Origin: Yuukianura sp. NJ FZ-2021
Taxonomy: Eukaryota
Assembly (NCBI GenBank): GCA_046563655.1
Contig: CM102287.1
Span: forward strand, 2,418,001-2,482,000
Direction of reading: 5' to 3'
Length of the DNA: 64,000 nt
In this document: piece after piece, positions 38,334 through 47,920 of the stretch
Numbering within the stretch: position 1 is the first letter of the stretch
Layout: every line of letters starts with the position of its first letter
The notes under the pieces: generated by a model
Databases searched by the model: none
What the model was told of the DNA's origin: nothing
Seen by the model: only the letters and a program-made list of their open reading frames with translations
Translations under genes and position numbers: made by a program

Positions 38334-41300
38334 ATGGGGAAGAAAGGTGGTGATTCGGGTGAAAAACCGAAGAAATCCAAGTCTAAGGAAAAGAAGTCCG
38401 AGAAAGAAGGAAAGTCCAAAGAAGACAAGGATCCAAAACGAACAAAATCCAAAGGTGACAAGGATCCAAAACGAACCAAGTCTAAAGATGACAAGGAAAC
38501 GAAACGAACCAAGTCCAAGTCTAAAGATGACAAGGAGCCGAAACGAAGTAAGTCCAAGGACAAGAAAGGGAAGGACAAGAAGAAGAAGGGCCGCGGGAAG
38601 TCCAAGGACAAAATGGCTCAAGATGGCGGCCGAGGAAGCAAAGGCGACCTTGGATTTGAAGTGAAGCTGGACCCTTACGCGCCTTACCCAACGGAAGAGG
38701 ACTTGAAACGTTTTGGTCCTCTGAGTGTCGAAGCAAAACAGGCTCACACGGCCATTGTTCTTCTGGACAGTGAAGAGAAGCATGTAAGTTTATAATTTCT
38801 ATCACAGTAGTCTTAAATCTAAGTTCAAAGTTCAAAGAAACGTTTTTTCTTGGTCCGCAGGTTATCATTGAATCGTTGAATTCACTCCAGCGCTTCTGCA
38901 TCAAACGAAATGAAAATCGCGAAATCTTTGTCGTTCTGAACGGAGTCAGTAAAATCTGGAAGTTTTTTCACGATGCAGACACAATCATTCAGCGTCTTGC
39001 ACTCAAAATCCTTGCAATCATCTCCTCTCTCCAGAAAGTCAGAGTTCTCTGCCGGGATTACAAGGTACAGTTGACCTTCTGGATTAAACTAAAGTTGAAA
39101 TTTTTTGAATCTTGTAATCTAAAACATCTTTTGATTAGTTTGCTGAAGAAATCGGGAAGTTGGGACAATCCGAAGACCAAGTTGTGCTGGAGTACTTCAC
39201 TGGCATTGTGTGTAATCTGGCCACCTTGTTCACCGGTCGAATTCAGCTGATCCGAAATGGAGCTGTTCCGTTTCTGGTGACGATGTTGGGGCATTATGAT
39301 GCAGACATCCAGCGAAACGCTATCGACGGTCTGCTGAATATACTGGAGGAACCACTACATGTTCATCTCTTTCTCAATCCCGAAACAGTTCAGATGGTTT
39401 ACAACCTCATTGAGTCGGAGCATCCTGAAATTCAGAGCAGTGCGCTCTCCGTTCTGGAAAGATTGAGTCGTTATCCGCCGGAAGGAGTCCAATTGGTCCA
39501 GAACACTGGCATAATCCACAGCATGGGTTCAGTAAGTTACTAAAAGTTAAGTTAAGCTCTGTTTCAAAACTGTTTTAACTAATTGACCTTTTTATTAAAG
39601 AAACTGAGCGACCCAACGTTCGGCGACCTTCATCGCATCTACCTCAAGATTCTGGTGAATGTGACCCAAGATGTGTCCAATTGCAAGAAGTTGGCTCCAC
39701 TGTTGGGTCAGCTCGTGACACTGCTGGATCACTCCAGAGATGTCCAAGTTCTCCATCGCACACTTTTGCTTCTCGGACGCATGGCAAGGATCCCCTTGAT
39801 TACTCAAGCGCTCGTCGGTCTCTATGTAACAACAAACTTTCAAAATCGTTTTTAATACGTTCGTAGTTTTAACTTTTTTTCTATAGTTTTCATTTTACTT
39901 TTTGCAGGAGATCGTTCCTAAGCTTGTCTTCATCGTTTCCAAATACGCAAACATTGAACTTCGATCTGTTGCCACTTACACTTCAGCTCAAATCGCAGCT
40001 ACTGACTACAAAGCCAAAGCAGAACTGACAGAGGTAGGCCAAAGAAAAAGATGCGTCTTAAAAACTAAGAGTTTTTCTTTGTTTTAATAATGAAAACTAC
40101 AATCCTGTTTTTCCTTAGATTTTCAAACCGATGAAAGCCTTGTTCTTCGACGTGCGTGCATCATCAGCTTGTTTTGAAAACGTGTTGATGGCAACGACTG
40201 TTTTGTTAGAGCACGGAGACGAGTCTCAGGCCAAGTTTCTGTCCTCCGGTGGTCTGTCCATCCTCTACAACGTCTGTGCCACTGACCCCAAGGACACAAA
40301 GTTCAGTTACCACACAAGCATCTCGGCTCTGACGTGTGTCGCCATGCTGGGTCACCGAGAAGACTTCAGGAAAGCCATGATTGACCAACACCTTCTTCCG
40401 GCTGTTCTCCTCCAAATGACTTCTTGGAGTGCTCAGGTTGTCACCCTGGCTGCAACAGCACTCGCTCCTCTTCTCTGTAGCCAAGAAGGGCGAAACCAAT
40501 TCCTGGAACACGGCGGATACAACTACATAGCAACTGCTGCCAAAAACCCTGATCTCAACGTTGTCATTGGAATTATTCCACTCATCAGTGTAAAATTCAA
40601 CTTTTCAAAGAATCAGAAGGAAAATGCATAGTTCTGGTTTAATTTTTATTTTGGTTTTGTTTACAGGGAATTGCAACTTATACGGATATCGCTAGTCACA
40701 TGGTAAACAATGGATTGCTGAATATCCTCTGGGAACGTCAGGATCTTCTTGGAATCAACGGTCCACTGCGAGTGGCCTTGGATCGACTAATTTCTAGTCA
40801 TCTTCCAGCAAAATACGCTTATAAAGGACACATCGGACCCTACGAAAAGCTTACGCATGAATTCTACGATGCTGGAATCCTCCAGACAGACAAAGTCTTC
40901 ACCCCTTTGGAGTCGATCAAGTTTGAAGATAGAGCAAATCACAAGAAAATCATCTATGTCAACTTTGACGACGTCTGCAGTCCAAACCTTGTGGAAGAAA
41001 ACGTAATTTTAAGAACTAAAAACGTTATAAAATTCAATTCTTTTCGTCACTAATTACATGATTTCTGTTTGTATTAGCCCATTTTGCGGTCGCTGGGAAG
41101 TCCAGGAGTTGTGTCGATCATTCAAATTGCCAACGAAGTGCGAGACATGATTCCAGATAACGTGAGAACCGAGAAGGACCTGGTTGGTTTGCTTGCGACT
41201 GTTGTTTGTGCTAGACTCGGTGGACAACTGGACAAGTGGCGGGTGAGTGTGGAGGCAGAGGAAATGGAATTGGCCAACTTCCAGAGCAAGCACAAATCGG

Positions 41301-41702
41301 TTGTGGTTCCCCTGACTTGCATGACGACTGGAGCTCATCGTCCTCGCGCTCTCATGTTCAAAGCTTTAGCCGACATCTTTGGAATTCCTTGCTCCTTGGA
41401 TCGTGGTGGATTCAGAAAGTGCTGGAACGTCGTCCTCATCCGTGCCAAGAGAGCACACGTAAGCATTTCGTATTGGTTCAGTTAGAAATCCTAAAAAAAA
41501 CAAGAACAGAGGAGTGAGTTGTTGATTAATTGTGTTTATTGTTTTGTCGTAGGCTGTCTGTCCCTGTGCAGAGACACCGGAAGAGGAACAGGGCTTGTTT
41601 TTCACAGAACGACTGCGTCGCTTTGTCGTTGACCTTCTGTATGCTCCAGGAACGTTGTTTCCACTCTACTCTTACGAAGCAGATACTTACTGCTTCTGCT
41701 AA
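38334..41702 (+). CDS. ARMC3: Armadillo-repeat protein with C-terminal EDR1-like domain (ARMC3-like)
   Basis: Lys-rich N-terminus, ARM-like helical repeats (LIRNGAVPFLVTML.., FLSSGGLSIL..), and C-terminal RPRALMFKALADIFGIPCSLDRG..WNVV...FVVDLLYAPGTL. Confidence 0.75.
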
Positions 41703-42103
41703 ATAAACGACTATAAAACTGAATAAAACGTTTGAAGACAAGCAAAGTGACATCCTAATCACTGTATACATCGTTTAACTGATGAGGATTAATTAATTGA
41801 TGAAGAATCGTAAGGAGTTAAACGATTAAAGTAACCCATAATAACTTGGAGATATCTATAGCTTTCTCCCATAGTTAACTATGGACTTTCACCCTGTTTT
41901 CAGTTTACGTGATACCATACAGCCGAAGCAATGCAAAATCGCATATGGGCATCGAAAGTATTTTTTAAATTACTTAAGGTGAATGATTATTAAATTTAAT
42001 TTAAGTTAATTAATTAGTGATCAGCGTGTTGTCACTTGGACAGTCTAAAATGACAACGTTGACGAAATTCTTATTCTGATTCTTAATGTAAAAACAGAAA
42101 TAG

Positions 42104-42535
42104 TTATTGGGAATCCATAAACTGAATGTCCGAAAGGAGAAGAAGTAACTTGGGGAGTGGTCCGGGTGACGGCGATAGAACAGTCATGCGTCCCTTTTCC
42201 ACGTCAATGTCCGTCACACAGACGTAACCAGCAACATTCTTCCGGATTACGTCTTCGTCAGCAGCAGAAGCGAAACTTATTGCGAGCAGTTTATGCAGCA
42301 ACTGCTGAGTCGTCGGTGTTACTGGGACTAACTTTGTTCGGGATTCGTCCACTTTCATGCCCAGTGGGAGACAAGATGATGGAACAGCTGGACTTCCGAT
42401 TTTGTAGATTACTTCGGAAAGTTTCACTTGGAACGAATGTGGATGCAGAACTTGCCCACCGATCCGTCCATAAAAATAAGTTCGGATTCGACTGTCCCGG
42501 CTCCCCGCTCGGAACGTTTTGCTTCTCTCCACAAC
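42104..42535 (-). pseudogene. CLP1: CLP1 (RNA 5'-OH kinase / cleavage factor) C-terminal exon only
   Basis: VVERSKTFR..RDSRIRTYFYG..LHPHSF..IYKIGSPAVPSSCLPLGM...KLVPVTP...NVAGYVCVTDIDVE...TVLSPSPGPLP...DIQFMD* matches the CLP1 C-terminus. Preceded by TTCCAG acceptor. No N-terminal or P-loop exons seen in the window. Confidence 0.85.
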
Positions 42536-42568
42536 CTGGAATTTAGTGCCATAGTTTATCGCTTATCT

Positions 42569-45500
42569 TACCTTGTCGTGGGTACCCATTCCGCGGTAGC
42601 TTTAAGCGGTTAGCACTGTCTGCGCGGTTCTAAACTCTTTTTTGAGAAAAACCCAATGGTGGCCACGCACTTCAAAACAAAATTTTCTAATTTTTAAGAA
42701 AGGTACCCCAAAGGGGTACCTTGTCGTGGGTATCCATTCCGCGGTAGGTTTAAGCGGTTAGCACTGTCTCCGCGGTTCTAAACTCAAAAAAAAACAAGTT
42801 TTTTTTTGAGAAAAACAATGATGGCCACGCCCTTCAAAATAAAATTTTTAATTTTTACACAAGGTACCCCAAAGGGGTACCTTGTCGTGGGTACCCATTC
42901 CGCGGTAAGTTTAAGCGGTTAACAATTTCTCCGCGGTTATAAACTCCAAAAAAACATGATGGTTTTTGAGAAAAACCCAATGGTGGCCACGCCCTTCTAG
43001 ACAAAATTTTCAAATTTTTAACAAAGGTACCCCAAAGGGGTACCTTGACGTGGGTACCCATTCCGCGGTAGGTTTAAGCGGTTAGCACTGTCTCCGCGGT
43101 TGTAAACTCCAAAAAAACAAGTAATTTTTTTAGAAAAACCCAATGGTGGCCACGCCCTTCTTGACAAAATTTTCCAATTTTTACACAAGGTACCCCAAAG
43201 GGGTACCTTGTCGTGGGTACCCATTCCGCGGTAGGTTTAAGCGGTTAACATTTTCTCCGCGGTTATAAACTCCAAAAAAACATGATGGTTTTTGAGAAAA
43301 ACCAAGAACTGGCCACGCCCTTCAAAACAAAATTTTCAAATTTTTACACAAGGTACCCCAAAGGGGTACCTTGTCGTGGGTACCCATTCCGCGGTAGCTT
43401 TAAGCGGTTAGCACTGTCTCCGCGGTTCTAAACTCAAAAAAAACAAGTTTTTTTTTGAGAAAAACCCAATGATGGCCACGCACTTCAAAACAAAATTTTC
43501 AAATTTTTACACAAGGTACCCCTTTGGGGTACCTTGTGTAAAAATTTGAAAATTTTGTTTTGAAGGGCGTGGCCAGTTCTTGGTTTTTCTCAAAAACCAT
43601 CATGTTTTTTTGGAGTTTACAACCGCGGAGACAGTGCTAACCGCTTAAACCTACCGCGGAATGGGTACCCACGTCAAGGTACCCCATTGGGGTACCTTTG
43701 TTAAAAATTTGAAAATTTTGTCAAGAAGGGCGTGGCCACCATTGGGTTTTTCTCAAAAAACATCATGTTTTTTTGGAGTTTATAACCGCGGAGAAATTGT
43801 CACCCGTTTAAACCTACCGCGGAATGGGTACCCACGACAAGGTACCCCTTTGGGGTACCTTTCTTAAAAATTAGAAAATTTTGTCTAGAAGGGCGTGGCC
43901 ACCATTGGGTTTTTCTCAAAAACCATCATGTTTTTTTGGAGTTTATAACCGCGGAGAAATTGTTAACCGCTTAAACCTACCGCGGAATGGGTACCCACGA
44001 CAAGGTACCCCTTTGGGGTACCTTGTGTAAAAATTAAAAAATTTTATTTTGAAGGGCGTGGCCATCATTGGGTTTTTCTCAAAAAATTACTCGTTTTTTT
44101 GAGTTTAGAACCGCGGAGACAGTGCTAACCGCTTAAAGCTACCGCGGAATGGGTACCCACGACAAGGTACCCCTTTGGGGTACCTTGTGTAAAAATTTGA
44201 AAATTTTGTTTTGAAGGGCGTGGCCAGTTCTTGGTTTTTCTCAAAAACCATCATGTTTTTTTGGAGTTTATAACCGCGGAGAAATTGTTAACCGCTTAAA
44301 CCTACCGCGGAATGGGTACCCACGACAAGGTACCCCTTTGGGGTACCTTGTGTAAAAATTAAAAAATTTTATTTTGAAGGGCGTGGCCATCATTGGGTTT
44401 TTCTCAAAAAATTACTTTATTTTTTGGAGTTTATAACCGCGGAGACAGTGCTAACCGCTTAAACCTACCGCGGAATGGGTACCCACGTCAAGGTACCCCA
44501 TTGGGGTACCTTTGTTAAAAATTTGAAAATTTTGTCTAGAAGGGCGTGGCCACCATTGGGTTTTTCTCAAAAAACATCATGTTTTTTTGGAGTTTATAAC
44601 CGCGGAGAAATTGTCACCCGTTTAAACCTACCGCGGAATGGGTACCCACGACAAGGTACCCCTTTGGGGTACCTTTCTTAAAAATTAGAAAATTTTGTCT
44701 AGAAGGGCGTGGCCACCATTGGGTTTTTCTCAAAAAATTACTTTATTTTTTGGAGTTTATAACCGCGGAGAAATTGTTAACCGCTTAAACCTACCGCGGA
44801 ATGGGTACCCACGACAAGGTACCCCTTTGGGGTACCTTGTGTAAAAATTAAAAAATTTTATTTTGAAGGGCGTGGCCATCATTGGGTTTTTCTCAAAAAA
44901 AAACTTGTTTTTTTTTAGTTTAGAACCGCGGAGACAGTGCTAACCGCTTAAAGCTACCGCGGAATGGGTACCCACGACAAGGTACCCCTTTGGGGTACCT
45001 TGTGTAAAAATTTGAAAATTTTGTTTTGAAGGGCGTGGCCAGTTCTTGGTTTTTCTCAAAAACCATCATGTTTTTTTGGAGTTTATAACCGCGGAGAAAT
45101 TGTTAACCGCTTAAACCTACCGCGGAATGGGTACCCACGACAAGGTACCCCTTTGGGGTACCTTGTGTAAAAATTAAAAAATTTTGTCTAGAAGGGCGTG
45201 GCCACCATTGGGTTTTTCTCAAAAACCATCATGTTTTTTTGGAGTTTATAACCGCGGAGAAATTGTTAACCGCTTAAACCTACCGCGGAATGGGTACCCA
45301 CGACAAGGTACCCCTTTGGGGTACCTTTCTTAAAAATTAGAAAATTTTGTTTTGAAGTGCGTGGCCACCATTGGGTTTTTCTCAAAAAAAAACTTGTTTT
45401 TTTTTGAGTTTAGAACCGCGGAGACAGTGCTAACCGCTTAAAGCTACCGCGGAATGGGTACCCACGACAAGGTACCCCTTTGGGGTACCTTGTGTAAAAA

Positions 45501-45647
45501 TTAAAAAATTTTATTTTGAAGGGCGTGGCCATCATTGGGTTTTTCTAAAAAAAAAACTCGTTTTTTTTTAGTTTAGAACCGCGGAGACAGTGCTAACCGC
45601 TTAAAGCTACCGCGGAATGGGTACCCACGACAAGGTACCCCTTTGGG
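42569..45647. repeat. 163-bp tandem satellite, ~6 units in one orientation then ~13 inverted, switch at ~43524
   Basis: GGGGTACC recurs about every 163 bp. ORF-track offsets are 163 (42855/43018) and 814 (43661/44475). Strand flips at TACACAAGGTACCCCTTTGGGGTACCTTGTGTA. Confidence 0.95.
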
Positions 45648-46269
45648 AATAAATTCTTATGAATTATTCATAAGAATTTATTTCCTTTAGTTTATATTAT
45701 TCATGTCTGAGTTAATGCCACTTTTATTAAAATTAAATAACACCAACTTCATTCACTCATAACAACTTGAATTATACTAATATACAATTTATTAATTTTA
45801 TCATCCTATACAAATCTAGTCACATATGGTTTTCTGGAGTTTCTTATTTTAATACAATTCAAATCTCAATAGTTCTTAATTTGAGTTATAGTCTTTATTT
45901 AATTTTACTCGAAAGTCAACGTAATTCCAAATTCATATTTCACTTTGATTTAGTTTAATCCGATTAAATCTGTTCTTACTAAAATTAAGCACATTCAATT
46001 TCATTCAAATAATTCAATTTTCTTTTACTTTATTCAATTTTATTCAGATAATTCAATTTTATTTTATTTTAATCAATTTTATTTCATTTTAATTAATTTC
46101 ATTTGCTAAATTAATTGAAACTCAGTTTTGTTTAATTTAATTAATTTTATTTGCCCATTTCTGCATTTGCGTCAGTTCCCCGCTGCTGGTACGGCGCCTC
46201 TGGTAAATTAAACTTTTTTGACTATGCAAATTAGGAGAAAGCTATAGTTATCTTCAAATGGACACCCAT

Positions 46270-47263
46270 ATTAAAGTAATTGATTACTAAAAAGCAACTG
46301 ATTAATTTGAAAACAAGAGTCACGTGATCCAGTGGCGGGAAAATGGAGAGAATAATTTTTTGAAATAATTTATTTGGTTTATGTAGCAGCTACTGGCACA
46401 ATCCAGTGTCACCCGAATAATTTGTGTGGTTGTAGTAGCAGTTACTGCACAGCACCCTTGTCACCCTTTCTGATTTTGAACTGAACTTTAACATTGGAGG
46501 ATAGGCAGAAGAGAGGAAAAGTTGACAGGAGATTATAAGAAGCACGAAGGCTACACTCCCTTTCCTATCCTATCCCTTTCCCGGCACTTGCCTTCCCATA
46601 CAAAAAGCAAAGGAGACCAAACGCCCTACTCGCCTCTCTGCCTCGTACGATCCCCTCTCAACTTTTCTGCTCTCTCGCCTATCTCCCCATGCAAAAGACT
46701 CTTTCAAAACTTGAACTTGGAGGTCACGATCATTTCCACAGCTAGTACAACTCACGAATCAACTCCAGCCATAGTACTCCGCCACCATATCTCTTGCAAC
46801 TATCCTTTCACTTAATTTGGCACAAAAAATTGCAAATAACGTTCAAAATTTTGTGAAATTTTGAAAAATAAAGCTTATGCATCATATTTTCATATTTCCT
46901 AGATTTTAGTTTGAAAATTCAATGCAGCTAACATGAAGCTGATACCTGCTTTAGCTAATTATGTTGATGTTGTTAGAAAACGAATTTGAACCAACAATGT
47001 TTTGCATCACGAATTGCGTATTACATAATTCCAAATTTCACTACGTTACGAAATTGCACTTAGGTTTTGTGTATTTGACTAACACAATTCCAAATTTAAA
47101 TCACCGTTCTTTGAAAAAAAAATTGAAAAAAAAACATCAGAAAAAAATTATTTTTTGATGGAAATTCTTTCTGTTTTGCTAGAAGCCATTTGAAATTAAA
47201 AATATTCCAGGCCCCTTCTTCCGTATTCACCATATCAGAATTATTTAATTTTTCATCCGGCGT
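46270..47263 (+). mobile_element. ~1-kb dispersed repeat, copy 2 (its first ~45 bp lie at ~41790-41834, split off by the insertion)
   Basis: Homologous to copies 1 and 3. GGAGTTAAACGATTAAAGTAA at 41814-41834 continues at 46270. Confidence 0.8.
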
Positions 47264-47657
47264 TGAAGTTAGCTCAAATTTCAGTTGACCTCGATGTCCA
47301 ACACTCAGTTTCTAAACTCTAAAATTCTGAAAATTCTAAATTCTAAGATTCCTAAAATCGAGGAGTGTATGGCTTCAACAGTAACACGAGATTTCAGTTT
47401 ATTCAAAACAACTTCCATTTTTTTTTAGACTTTTACACATAATTTCTTGTTATTCAGAATAACTTGAAAAAAATTACATAAGGGATATCTTTACTTTCTG
47501 TTTAGGATTTTTGTCTTTAGTCAAAGGTCAAGAGAAGTACTGTCGTCATTGCTTTGGTTTCAAACAACCTTGTGCTACAAAACAACGGGAGCAGACACCG
47601 GGGAAACCAATCAAACGCTGAACCTGATATGCTGATTGTCACACCTTTAGAAGAATC

Positions 47658-47877
47658 GGGTGGAGTAAGGCAGAGCAAGTACGGCTTAATCCTGCGTATC
47701 CACTCCAGTATCCACTCCAATTATAGAAGAACCTACGTTGCCACTGCAGCGTCAACCTAACCAAACCTAACCTATTCATCTATATCTAACATTGCAGCAT
47801 TGCGTCGGCAACAATTGGAGTAGATACCGGAGTGGATACGAGACTATAGGCCGTACTTGCTCTGCCTTACTCCTGCC
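47658..47877. mobile_element. 220-bp MITE with ~65-bp imperfect TIRs and 8-bp TSD GAAGAATC
   Basis: TSD at 47650-47657 and 47878-47885. Ends GGGTGGAGTAAGGCAGAGCAAGTACGGC / GCCGTACTTGCTCTGCCTTACTCCTGCC. AACCTAACC motifs in the centre. Confidence 0.85.
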
Positions 47878-47920
47878 GAAGAATCAGCTTTTTAGGAACG
47901 TGATTGGCTGATTGAAGTTG

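Larger units (their letters stand above)
41835..46269. mobile_element. Non-autonomous DNA transposon-like insertion carrying a CLP1 exon and a satellite
   Basis: ATTAAAGTAA at 41825-41834 and 46270-46279, but only once at the paralogous site 58136-58145. 24-bp subterminal inverted repeats at 41846-41869 and 46234-46257 (2 mismatches). No transposase ORF. Confidence 0.8.

Noticed and set aside
38145..38783. 212-aa hydrophobic minus-strand ORF
   Set aside because: It is the antisense shadow of the Lys-rich ARMC3 exon.
42536..42571. 36-nt GT-AG intron linking the satellite to the CLP1 exon
   Set aside because: It is shorter than the other introns here and more simply explained as a junction with a truncated intron. 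It cannot be excluded without RNA data.
42855..44681. Four similar 68-aa ORFs (MGTHVKVP...) in the ORF track
   Set aside because: They are by-products of the 163-bp satellite, appear on both strands according to array orientation, and are broken in other monomers.
42569..45647. CRISPR-like appearance of regularly spaced palindromes
   Set aside because: The sequences between palindromes are themselves repeated, so there are no unique spacers. There are no cas genes and the context is eukaryotic.
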